A stretch of 64,000 bases of DNA from Takakia lepidozioides (Eukaryota; Plantae; Bryophyta), in contig CM060733.1 of the NCBI GenBank assembly GCA_030704615.1, forward strand, positions 22,320,001 through 22,384,000. The letters are read 5' to 3'. Below, one piece after another: positions 37,105-49,081 of the stretch; positions within the stretch are counted from its first letter, which is position 1; every line of letters begins with the position of its first letter. The notes below the pieces were generated by a model that saw only the letters and a list, made by a program, of their open reading frames with translations, ran no database searches and was not told where the DNA came from. Made by a program: the position numbers and the translations under genes.

Positions 37105-38075
37105 GAATTTCGGCGCCGAAATTCATCCGTCGCATAGAAAATGTAATATTAGAGTTACTCATTGCGGACAGTAAAGATGAATTTCGGCGCAGAAATTGAT
37201 CCATTTCAAAGAAAAATAAATATTGGAGGGAGGGCATTGGATGAATTTCGGCGCCGAAATCCGGCGCTCAAACCCTGAAAAGAATTTGGAGGGATGAAGT
37301 CGGCTGAATTTCGGCGCCGAAATTCATTGCTCGCGAAGGAAAATAAAAAATTTCGGGAGGACTTCGGATGAATTTCGGCGCCGAAATTCATTGCTCGCGA
37401 AGGAAAATAAAAAATTTCAGGAGGACTTGGAATGAATTTCGGCGCCGAAATTCAATGCTCGCGAAGAAAAAATAAAATCGGGAGGATTTCGGTTGAATTT
37501 CGGCGCCGAAATTCATTGCTCGCGAAGAAAAAGGAAAATTAAAAGGGAGTACTTGGATGAGATTCGGCGCCAAAGTTCATCTGTCGGAAAGAAAAATAAA
37601 AACAAAAAGGACTTCCGATGAATTCCGGCACCGAAATCCATCCGCAGGGCAGCAGAATTAGGGTCGGAAAAGGAGATGAAGAATGAATTTCGGCGCCGAA
37701 ATACATCCATTCTGCCGATTCAGGATTACTGTCATTCGGAAGTCGGCACCGATATCCGGACACGTGGTGAATCACGACTGTAATCAGGAACACATTCATC
37801 CGTATTTTGGCATCTAAATTCAACCCATATGTGCAGATACAATTTAATGAAGAAGAAGTTCATCCGAATTTCGGCACCGAAATCCATCCGTTGGGTGCTT
37901 GGTTAGTTTAATGAGATAAACAAATTACGATTTCTGTTGCCAGAATTCATCCCCTGGCTTCCAAAGCTGTTACATGACAGAGATGTTCATCTAGATTTCG
38001 GTGCCGAAATTCATGGGAAGGCCTGATTTATTGTACCCCAAGTGGTTGTACATTACAATTCAGGCACCAAATATC
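37105..38075. repeat. Array of ~16 palindromes GAATTTCGGCGCCGAAATTC with ~63-64-bp period
   Basis: Cores at 37111, 37185, 37249, 37312, 37376, 37440, 37501, 37565, 37626, 37691, 37744, 37808, 37872, 37934, 37999 and 38062. Confidence 0.95.
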
Positions 38076-38261
38076 CGATGTGAACTTGCTGTTCTCATCC
38101 GTTTTTTTAACGTACGTTACACACCTTCATCTTTACGTGCATTGATCACCCATCCTGTTGGATACGGAATCCTCCAGAAAATCATTTGTGTTATTAGGTA
38201 GGACACACTCTTCTCATTGCAGAACTTCGCTGCGGAGCGTACCTAGAGGTCCCGTCTTCAA

Positions 38262-39500
38262 AATGGACTCCCGTGTTTGGGTCAACGTGTACTTCCATCC
38301 TGATTATCTGAAAGCTAAAATACCCTGCGACCAAGGATTTGCGATTGTCACTTAGCAGTACTTGTGTGTGAAGTTCGGGCTCCGCCCTGGAACGGTGTTT
38401 TTGGAAGAGAAGACGAAGGATGCTTATGGAAATTTTTCTGGAAAGTGCCGTCATTCTGCATGCAGATTTCGGAAAAGGCAAAGAGTGGCGGCTCCCAGCT
38501 TCTGAATCCATCCGGTACAGTGCCATTGGTGAAATCGTGCCTAAAGAGTTCCCACGCTGGAACTTGGTTGATCCTCCTTCCACAAGAGGGTCTGGCATGC
38601 AAGATGTGAAGGATGTGGGCACCTCTTCACAAGCAGAGAAGCCCAAACATGTGAAAAGGGAAATCCAGGAAAACAGGGAAACAGTCGTCCACGACTTATC
38701 CAGTGACGATGAAGACTGTATGGTCCTTCCATTGTATGTTTCGAAGTCGTCCATCACTAGGAGTGTTCAGCATACACCGTCCGACTCAACTTCCGTCCGC
38801 TCAGTAATCGACATATTGCGGAGGATGAAGACAACGGGTTCCCGCTCCAGTGACCTTCTTAGGCTTGATTACGACAAAACTCCAATCCATTCTGTGGAAA
38901 CTTTGCCTGATGTTGTGGATGGGAATGCTATCTACGAGTTCCCTCCAATGCCGGCAGGCGCAGGCCCAGACGGCATGCTCGCAGGAATGAACAGGAAACA
39001 TGACGGCCACCCTTGGTGTGTCACCAAAACTTCATCGTCCAACCTGGGTGATGGAGTTCGAGTGAGATATGTATTGTGTGCTGGGCATCTTAAATGTTTC
39101 TCGAGCACATGTTACCATTACACTAGCAAAGGCACCAGGAATGAGACTGACTGGATTGGCAATTCGTCGACCCCATTTTGGCCTCAAGGTAGAGTTCCTG
39201 CAGGGACGTTCAAGTGTGCCCATTGCAACGCAGCCCCTACGTGCATGGCAGTGTGCAACGCCAAGCAGTACTACGTCGGGACCGTCGGCCCAGCGTGCAC
39301 CAGAGCATGCATTCACATCGGAAAGCATGAGCACCCCCTCGCCAGAGGCAATTGCAGAGTCGCTTTTCAACAAGCCCAGGATATTATCAAGGAGGAGGTG
39401 AGGTTGAGGCCGGGTGCAAAACCAAAGCAGATACAGCTCGCATCGGCACATAGGATTGCAATTGGCAGAATAATGTCGGAGGACAATTCGGATAAACCGT
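38262..39500 (+). pseudogene. MULE-type transposase N-terminal half with GCM/WRKY-like zinc DNA-binding domain, 3'-truncated
   Basis: HDGHPW..T, CAGHLKC...C, CAHC, C..C and HIGKHEHP pattern as in GCM-domain proteins. Paralogous to 42841-43456 plus 29789-29900. Confidence 0.72.
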
Positions 39501-39997
39501 CTTGTACTGGTGGCTGGAACTAGCACGCGTCGTGTTCCAATCAACTTCATCCGTGCGAACGTGTCAGGGGTCACAATCTCTTCATCACCCATACGGCAAA
39601 AAGTGTTGGACGGTGGCAACGCTTCGGGAGACGTGGCTGCTTACGCATCTGCTCATGCATAGTGGTTGCATGTTCCACCGCTTCGCTCTCTCGCTCCTTG
39701 CCCTTCTGCAATGACGTTCTCCTGCGTTTCCTCTCCTTATGCGGCATAGTGGTAGCATAGAGTTTGTGGAAGGTCAGGCGACTCCGGCAAAGAGGAGGAC
39801 GCGGGATTTTGGGAAGCCGCCGACGACACGACTTAAGCTCCGTCTCATGCATGAAATGCAGACCTCGTTATCCGGAGACTCGGATCGCCCACCGGTGAGA
39901 GATTCGTGCTTCGCGGATGTGAAGCACTCCATACGCAATATTCCTTTTACACCTTTTTTTTGGCGTGCAGTGTCTCATGTTTTCCTGTTTGTTTGAT

Positions 39998-42480
39998 ATG
40001 GGAGCTGGGGAGGGATTGCAGGGGGGCGAGGCAACACAGTCAACTTTGGATACTCCTGCCCGGGTGCTGCGCTCACAAGGTGGAAGTGCATCGAGGCAGA
40101 CGAGTCCTCATTCAACACCTCAGATATCGCCTCCGAAAAGCCCACCTAGAGTTCGGAAGCCGAGAAAGCAGAAGGAGCCCATGGCTTCGCCAGTAAAACC
40201 CCTAGGGAGACTGGAAGCGGAGATATTGGGTTTGTAGTCAATTTCAGAAAACATAGATGCGGTGGAGGCCGCTGGAGATGTGGGAGTCGGATCTGCAGAA
40301 GGGCGGCCCATTCAGCTAACAGAAGGAGAGGACGATAACGTGGTACGACTTGGCGACGATCAGAACCTGCTGGAGCTTGCGGAGGAGCAAAACCTCCAGG
40401 ACAGTACACATGCTGGTGAGAGGGGTGAGGGAAGTGACAGAGGTGATACAAGTAAGAAACTGGTGGCGGGTATGCTCATGAGCGCACGAGACATGAACAT
40501 AGCAGCAAACAGGTTGCTGGCAGAGACTCATAGCAACATAGGCCGCGTTTTGGGCTCCATGGTGTATCCGGAGAACCTCAAAGTTCCTTTGTGTCGCATG
40601 GTAAGCCTTCCAGTTGTAAGGCAAGCACTGCCAGGGGATATCGATCGACTGAAGCACAACTTCAGAGAAGGGTACAGACGGGGGTCGGCAGCATTCTACG
40701 TTTCCATTGAGAATGACCAGGGTGTCACAAGGGGCCCCACTGCAGAGGAGCTTCAGAATTGGGGCCCCCACTGGCACACTGTTAATGCCGAGTTTGAAGC
40801 CTATCTGAAGACTAATCCGACATTCGCACACATGGAAGGGAAGATGTTCTTCGTTTGGGACGGGAACCACAGGATGCTTGCCTGGACAGAGTACATTGCT
40901 GAAATGCATCCGCAAGATATCAGTTGGCATTACATGGTGGACTGCATTGTCGTGAAGGTGGACGTCAGGGACAGAGGACTGTTGAAGGGTGCCATGGCGG
41001 ATATAAATCTGTAAGTATACAATTACATCCTTGTGTACTGCCTATTGCGGCGCCGAAATAGGCAATGTTCACCACTGTCATGCACTCTATGAACTGGAAA
41101 TTGGATTGCTGTGCCGAAATCATATTTTCATGTTGTTTTTTTTCTCCATGGCAGGGTAACAGAGAGGGCCTTCGTGGAAACTCATCTGGCACATACGCTC
41201 TACAGAGTGCAAGAAGTGGGGACAGCTCCGCTGACAGACTTCCAAAAGTCCCTCGATCCCGAGCTGTACAGGAAGTCCCTAGCGAAAGCAGATCGCACCT
41301 GGTACCGACCAACACTGGACGCCATGGTGGAGATCCTCTATTCGGTGAGGTTCATCTCAAATTTCAGTATCAATTTAATGTTATTTGTTGCAGGGATCCG
41401 TGGCCTGACTGTATCTGCTGGGTATGGGAATGCAGACGAACATCAGGGATGACTTGGCCTATGCCAAAAGGCAGTTCTTTGAGAATGATGCCCCCAACAA
41501 GGCGGACGCGTCGATAGAGAGTCATATTGTGCAGGCAGGGAAGCAATCCCGGACCAAGTACAGGTCCAAACTTGTTAAGCAAGTTGCAATCGCTGACCCT
41601 GGTCTTGGTGCCGAGTTCCTGGCGGAGATAGGACTGCATTACTCCAGACCCATGAAACCGGAAATGTCCATGGAGAAACTTCATCACATCGCAGTGTCCT
41701 GTGTTGAGCCGGCGGAGAAGGTAAGCATGTGTTTATTCTTGTTTTGTGACTTCTCGCGATTCTTATGTTGGAGTTCTTGTCTGACCGATGTGAGGTGGCT
41801 GCAGACGAGGTGGCTGCGAATCTGGAACGGCCATACAAACACAAAGCTGCTGTACCACTTTCCCATCGAGCCAACAGACGACAAAATGAACGACTGGCTC
41901 AATGTCATGACTTGGTGGCATCAGGTATAATTTTCTCCTATTCTGTGTTGGACATCGTCGCAATTTCAAAATCATGAATGTTTTGGAAACCTGCCATGAT
42001 GCAGGTACTGACCCACGCCCAGGAGCAATTGGACTGCAACACCACCACTTTCAAGTTACAGATCGACTGGACGAAGCCTGAGACAATGGAGAACTACGTG
42101 CAGTCCTGGCGAGGGCGCTTCGCAAACCTCTTTTTCAGAGAAATTGCAAAGGCAAGACGCAGCGTATACATCGAAGAGCAGGAGAGTGCCGACAAAGCGG
42201 CAATGCGTGTCCTGTTCAGGTAATCTGCTGACAATGCATCCCCCTATTTGCAGTTTAGATGATTTGGTTAAGCAGCGATGGATATTGCGGCGCCGAAATA
42301 TACCTCTGCAAAATGTGAGTTCTGCGTAATTGGGGCACGGTCCACTCCGTATTTCGGTGCCGAAATACCTTGTGCATTGGCAACTTCCACTTGCATGATG
42401 CATCGGTAGAATGATTTTTGTTGAACTGCCTCGTGATTGCAGGTACATAAACTTTTTCACCTCGTCTACGCGCGGACGGA
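39998..42480 (+). CDS. Spliced gene with N-terminal ParB/Srx-like domain (one in-frame TAG at 40235; 3' end broken)
   Basis: VRQALPGDIDRLKHNF...FFVWDGNHRMLAW. In-phase GT-AG exons 39998-41010, 41155-41344, 41436-41720, 41805-41924, 42005-42219 and 42443-~42480. Confidence 0.72.
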
Positions 42481-42795
42481 GATATTCGTAATGAATTTCG
42501 GCGCCGAAATATGGATGAAATGTGCCCAAGTGCAACCGTTTTCACTGTCCCGGAATTAATTCCGGCTCCGATATCCCACTGACAGGTTTGCTCATGACGG
42601 ATGAGGACTTCGGAAGCGATGAATTGCGGCGCCGAAATTCATCCGTCCGCTGTTGAAACGTACCGACCTGACTGTTGAATGTCATAGGCAGGGGATTTTC
42701 ATGGCGGTTGGGTTTCATGATGTGCGGATATTTCATTCAATGCCGGCTGCTCCGGGAACAGCATCCGGTGAACGGAAGGTATTTCGGTGCTTGTG
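42280..42795. repeat. Third cluster of CGGCGCCG palindromes
   Basis: Cores at 42288, 42355, 42499, 42563 and 42627; half-site at ~42785. Confidence 0.85.
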
Positions 42796-42840
42796 CTTGC
42801 ACTCTGTTCAGAGCACACCTTCTACTGTGCCACTGTCAAC

Positions 42841-43456
42841 ATGGCTGAGCGCGTTCGCCTAACCTGTCCATCTGCAAATGCGTCTGTAAGAGTCGAAGCA
42901 AAGGATGGTTCGGTGATATTCGCAGACAAGGTTCTCAGATCTCGGTTTGCATTGCAGGATACGACAGCTGTTTTCAAAGTTGAGGAGGTGGGAGAGGATG
43001 GCGTTGTGGAAACTCGGATTGTCAGTCCTAAACGAAATGATTTTGCGCGGGCGTATGTCATTCCACACGAAACAGGTCGACAATACATCGTATATGGGCA
43101 GCAAGCATCATCGTCGAGTGTGTCGGCATCCCTTACTCCACCGACTGCCGCATCTATATTTGGCCCAGGTCTTGCGAAGACGGAGAATATTCAAATATTG
43201 AGTGAGGAGGATGAGGACTGCATGGTGGTTGGCAGCAGACGAGCACACTCCGCACCTCCGCGCACGCGCGCAAACACCACGGAGGACGACGATGCACATG
43301 AGGTCGATGCCGACGTGTTTACTCCCACACCCGCAGATGCGGTTACAAATTCAATGGTGGACATCTTGCAGCTCCTACGCACCAGCACCACATCCCGCAA
43401 CGAGCTTTCTAGGATCGACTTTCACAGTGTTCAAATAGTGAAGGTGAACCATTTAC
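42841..43456 (+). pseudogene. Second MULE-type transposase N-terminus, broken at ...IVKVNHL
   Basis: ILSEEDEDCMV and SMVDILQLL...ELSRIDF align with DLSSDDEDCMV and SVIDILRRM...DLLRLDY in 38420-39523. Confidence 0.75.
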
Positions 43457-46400
43457 ACACCCCAACTTTCACCATTCTTGGTTCCTCCTCAGTTCCCACA
43501 TTGATTTCTCTCACCTGCTCTTCAGCTATGATAGTCCATCCAGCCACTACTTTATCCTGCAAACTCACAGTGGCTGGTTCCTCTAGGATTTCTATTTCTC
43601 CCTCTCTTTCTTCATAGAAATGTGGGGGGTAACAGCTTGTTTCCCCTTTAATTGGTGTTGTTGTTACTGCACTACAACATATACCTTTGAAACAATTTAA
43701 TCCTCCCAGTTGCATTTCTGCAACCTGTTCCCACTCTGGGTGTGTAGCAAATAGAGTAGCCTCCTGCTCTTTATCAAGTCCTCCGCACAGTTAGAATCTG
43801 AGTATTCCAGTCATGGAATATCTTGGCCTGTTTCAGCCATGGTCATCCTAACAGTAGGGAATAAGCTTCCATGACATCATCCATTTTCAATACAATCATA
43901 GTGATCTTAAGACCAACTTCTGAATCTATATTCTTACTCCTCTTATCAAGCCCAATGGTTGTACACTCCTTTGGTCTGCTAGGATTATTTCTATAATCCT
44001 GATTCCCTGGCTGGTAATTCCCCCTTGGATTACCCTGATAGTTGCCTCCGGGATTGCCTTGGTAATTCCCTTTTGGATTACCTCTTCCTGCCATACCATT
44101 GTTATATCCACCAGGCCTACCATAGTGGTCATGGTCATTGTTTCTTCTTGGCTGGGGCTGCACTTGATGCACCCTCACTTGCCTAGGTTCCCTTGTAGTT
44201 GTTTTCCTGTTGTAATAACAATTCTCAGTGGAATGGTTATCCATCTTACAGATAGCACAATGTTTCTCTTTCATGTGGCACTCAGCTGTGGCATTGCCTT
44301 CATTTTGGCATTTTGAACACCAGGCCCCCTTCCTCCAATGGGTTGCAGCCTCTGTTGCATACTTCTTCAAGATTCTTCCAATCTCTTTTCATAGTTGTCC
44401 TTCTTCAACGTTTCCTTCTTCTTGTTCTTCCTCTTGAGCTCTTGCTCTTCTTCCTCATCTGACTCATCTTCAAAGTCATCATCATCCCTCTTATCCTTCC
44501 TGAGCATTCCCAATTGCTCAATTTTGTTAGCTGTTTCGAATGTCTCCTCCACTGTATGATGGGGTAGCATATCCACTTTCTTTTGTAACTCCGGTCTTAG
44601 TCCACTCACAAACCAAGTCTTCTCACAAACCAAGTCTTCTGTAATCCTACTGCTGGCACAGCAGCCAGCTTTCTTATCATTAACTCCATCTTCTCCATGT
44701 ATTCCTCAACAGTTTCATGCTTATTATGTCTCAACTGTTGTAGGCTACTGTACACTTTGTCCTCAGTTTTGCTTGTCCTGAATCTAATCCGAAATGTCGT
44801 GCTAAGGTCATCCCAGGTTTGGAAATGGTCATCAGGAAATCGAGCATACCACTCATTTGCCTTCTTGATAAGTGAACAAGGGAATAGTCTTAACTTTGAA
44901 TCATCATCATTCTCATTGTTCACTATAAACATTTTCTCAAACTGATTGATATGTACATCTGGATTCCCTTTCCCTCCATAGATTGGGAAAGGTGGTTTCG
45001 CTCGAGTTGGGGCTACTGCCGCCATTTGTGGCCCAACTCCCTGCCCTGTGGCAGGTGCTGGTCCTTGAGGACCTGCTGTGGTTGTGGTTGAACTCCCACC
45101 AGGTGCTGGCCCCTGGACACTTCCTGCTACTGGCCCCCCTATATTTGCAGTACCCCTAGCACCAGTTGCACTACTTCCCACACTCCCTGTCCCCCCAGAG
45201 CCAGATCCAAGCTGCCCGCTTGATCCCCCTGAGCCGACACCTGTGTTGGCCTGTGATCCAAGTGCTCCACTTGATCTAGGTCCAACAGGTTGGGATGTCC
45301 TGGTTGTAGTCTCAACCTCAACTATTGGGTCTCCTCGTCTTCCAAGTTTTTCTCTCTGTTTCTTCTTTCTCACTCATATAACTCAACTGAAGTGGTGTTG
45401 GAGTGTCTAAACTCTCTGATGGCCCTTCTTCACCCTCCTCCCTCTCGTTAGCTGGTGTATCAGAAACTGGTGTTCCTGCTCTGGGTGTACCGTGCCAACT
45501 TTGATCAAAGATTTCTGTCAAATTTTTAATCCAGGGATTCCCTTCAGATCTTTCCCCTCGTATTTGATCTTCTTCTTCCACCAGATCTTTTAGTCTCTCT
45601 TGTAAAAAATAAATAGGTGTGATATCTAAATTAGAATCTTCAGGTATGGGTGATGAATTTTCTGGTCTTGGTGGTGTGAGAGGCCCAAATGACTCTCCTA
45701 TATTTATTCCCTTTTGCCAAAGATATGGATAATTAGCTTTTAAATAGCTTTCTTTTTTCGCTGAATATCTGTGAAGTCTAGCTTCCATTTCATCACTCAT
45801 GACCCATATCTTTCACGTCTTTGATGAGGTAATAACCAAAGCTCTCTCCTGTAGTATCTTTCGTATATGCCTGGATTTCTTTCAAGCTTTAATGTACCCT
45901 TGGCTAGACTAGAAGGCTCCGTTACCATATATCCATATGGAAAGCAGGTCTGAAAAGCTGTTCTTGGTGTAAGTTTGATCCACAAGATATCCTTGGGAAT
46001 CCAATTCTTTACCAATTTAAGCTCTTCATGCATATGAGTAAGAACATTCACTTTCCGTTCCTCCCGGCCTTCAAACTCCACTCGTTTAATGGATAGCAAC
46101 ACTATCACATAAACCAGTGTTGGTAACCAACTTGCTCTCCCTTTACAGGCCACTTGATAAATCTTTATCACTCATTTTTCCAGACCCCACTCCGGATCAG
46201 CATCATGCACTCTCTTGAGATTATTTTCCTTGCAACCATCTGGCAATTCCAAGAACCTCTGAAAGAATTGTCCTTCTCTACTGTGCTCTCCATCCTTGTA
46301 CTCAAGATCGTGCTTCCTTCCCTAATGCTAGTCGTGATGCAAGAAGTGACCCCCTCCATATAGCTACTCTGCATATTCTACCTGCAAGCTGTTCTAACCA

Positions 46401-46814
46401 CCTAACTAACTAACTGTCATCCAAGACAGAATGCACATTCCCTCTGCAAAGGTCGTTCCCACATAGTCGTTCCCTCCCATGATGACAGTTCTATGTGAAC
46501 GTTGTGACGGCCCGTGACAGTTGTGACATGCGTCACACTGTGACGTGCTGTGTTGGCTGAGTCGGGCTGTGATACCGTGACGGGCTGTGTCGGCCTGTGT
46601 GTGTTGTGTTGGGCTATGTCAGGCTGTGTCTGACTGTGACAGGCTGTGATAGGCTGTGTAAGCCTGTGTAAGCCTGTGGCTGTTGATTGTGTGAGCCTGT
46701 CTGTCACCCCTAAGACCTGTGTTAGTCTGAGTCTACCACCCTTAAGTCTGCGTAAAATTAAGGGTACCCCACAAAACCCGTAAAACTGTCTAAGTCCCAG
46801 ACAACCCTCTAACA
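43457..46814 (-). mobile_element. Family B copy B4: partial 5' LTR (~46385-46814), extra ORF, gag, internally deleted protease region
   Basis: Collinear with 19140-23715. A 17-bp tandem duplication at ~44605-44638 frameshifts gag. Has GNYQGNP repeats and two additional knuckle-like motifs. Confidence 0.9.
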
Positions 46815-47824
46815 TGCGATGAGGGTTATTTGTTTCAACTTTGGGGATTGAAAGAGCTTATCACAACCACCCGGATTAGTCAACGCAATCAAGAGTTATT
46901 TCATAAGCCTGAGCTTAGTGGACAAAGACCAAACGACAATCCACTTTTGAAATGTCTTAAATTTGATAAAACCATCATGGAAACATCTAAGAGTTTTGCT
47001 TTGGGAGTTTCAATATCAATGATTCGATTAAATCCTTACAAAGCATGGTTGGTAAAAATCTCGGAGTTGGGAAAAAATTGTTGGATTGCAAAAATTGTTT
47101 GTAGTAGACAACAAATTAAGCATTTCAAAATGCAAGTGAAAACATTGAAAGAGGTACGTCATCTCTTTTAAAATGAGTTTTTCTTGCTTATGTTTGTACC
47201 ATTAGTTTAATTTGGATTTGGAATCTACATTGATATATATGATTTGCAAATTGAAAGTTACTACGTAACCTTCGATTGTTTTATAGGGGGATCTGATGAA
47301 GTACCAGCGATCTATATGACCCTACGATTTCTAGCTTTCAAATCTTTGACAAAGGAGGACGAAGGAGGACACAAAATAAGTTAGAAATCAATGATGTGTC
47401 TTACAACACCCTTCATATTGTTTCCATCCTTTGTTTATTTGTTTACAAAGATTTTTAATGTATGATGCAAAGTCTGTTGAAGACATCATCAATAAAGATG
47501 TATTTGGCCTAGTTGCCATATGGACGTGATGTGGCGCTAGTACGTCGGCGTCACGTCAAACGTCACGTCCAGACGTGTGACCAGAAGCCATATCAAAATT
47601 GAAGTCCAGGCAGGATATGCCTCCTCATCCAGAAGTGTGCTCGAAGTGTGCAATATTCGTCAACTCTTTATATAGTAAAAGACAGTGGTTTCATGAAATG
47701 ATTTGCTAAAGCGATCACAAACATAAAGAGAAAGATAAGGGGTCAAAACTCATACCTACCAAGCCATAACTGTCAGAACACAACAAGTTTCAAACCCGCA
47801 GAGCTGCAGGAGACAACAACTTAT

Positions 47825-48309
47825 ACGGAAATGAATCCACGCCTTTAGACCATCATCGGTCAATGGTAGCAGTGTGCATGGAGCAGGAGGGACATCATAA
47901 TCTAAACCCAACGAACCCTCAACGTACTGAGCCTGGATGAATCTCTCATACTCCTAAAAAATGTTTGTCTCATCATCTGAGAATGTGGGAGACCTGTAAC
48001 TGGATGGATAGGGTCAAATAGGGGAGAGGAAACACATATGTTACTCCCTGCAACCTCTACGCTTACACCGGCAAGCACCCCGTTGCTGAAAAAGCCCCCT
48101 GCCAGTGCTCCATCGGCACTAGGAGTCAAGTCCAAAAGGTTCTCATCCTTGTCGTATCTCTTACGCTCCCAATACATGTTGTGGAGGTTCTTGAGGTACT
48201 GGATCTCAGTGGGATGCACATAGGTGTGGACACTCTCATTGTGCTCTATCGGATGCTTCACATGGGCAAATCCAGGCACCGAAGGCACAATCTGCTCGTG
48301 ATCCTGCAA
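47825..48309 (-). pseudogene. Unassigned protein-like segment with one apparent frameshift
   Basis: 135-aa globular-looking ORF that continues in another frame as IQAQYVEGSLGLDYDVPPAPCTLLP. Family not recognised. Confidence 0.35.
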
Positions 48310-49081
48310 AACCTTAACGCGGATGGCATGGGAAAAACTCGAATGTTGACATTGGTAACCTTAGAAGTGAGGAGGCGATTTAGGGCCGACGTGCAACATC
48401 CCTAAACTCAAGCGCAGCAGTACACAGCTCTTTGTGGCGATCAAGGTGCACTCAGGTTGGCAGTAGACGGGTACCAAATTCTAATACTACACTTTAGGAT
48501 AAATTGGCCACAAGTCGTAGTCGTTTCGGAGACAACACATCGGCAGCTGTGTGCTTCATCTCATTTATGATGTTTACCTGTGAACAATAAACATGTAATT
48601 TTGTCAGAAGAGTTAGAACATTTGAAGCTGTGAATGGATAACCGTAATTTCACATATCAATTTCACATATTTTTTTAGACTTAATCCCATCTTCATCCAC
48701 CAAATATCATGAAGTCCTCATGAATGTCAAGACCAAAAGCAATCGTAATCTCATGTTGAATGCTTGACATTGTCCAATATCGCCAAACCTCAATCTCTTG
48801 TTGTCTTGCTTCATATTCACAACATAAGCTGACCATCTCCACAGACTGAACCAGGGTCAAGTCTCAACCCCTAGTTGGAAAACTTATATGCCCCACCTTC
48901 AAAAAGAGGTTCGTACCTCTAAGGAGAATGGGAGGGATTACCGCATAAGGTCATCGACGAGAAGGTTAGGCCGGCATTGGCTTGCACATGCCCGACACGA
49001 TTACCATATACCCCCAGCCGCCTTCCCCATTGCAAGCGGTGGCTAAGATGGCGTCAAATGGAAGGCTCTATATGCCCGAGG

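Noticed and set aside
37105-38075. CRISPR array (palindromic repeats with regular spacers)
   Set aside because: Eukaryotic context, no cas genes, several spacers are copies of each other, and the repeat also occurs singly in introns. Binding-site array fits better.
39500-39574. LTR tail related to 29133-29595
   Set aside because: Only a 14-nt match (GTCGTGTTCCAATC) and a CA end; too little to annotate.
34400-42800. Bacterial contamination or a plasmid par/restriction-modification locus
   Set aside because: The genes have in-phase spliceosomal introns and are interleaved with plant retroelements.
43457-43617. C-terminal part of the 276-aa ORF 42787-43617
   Set aside because: Antisense retroelement sequence beyond the breakpoint.
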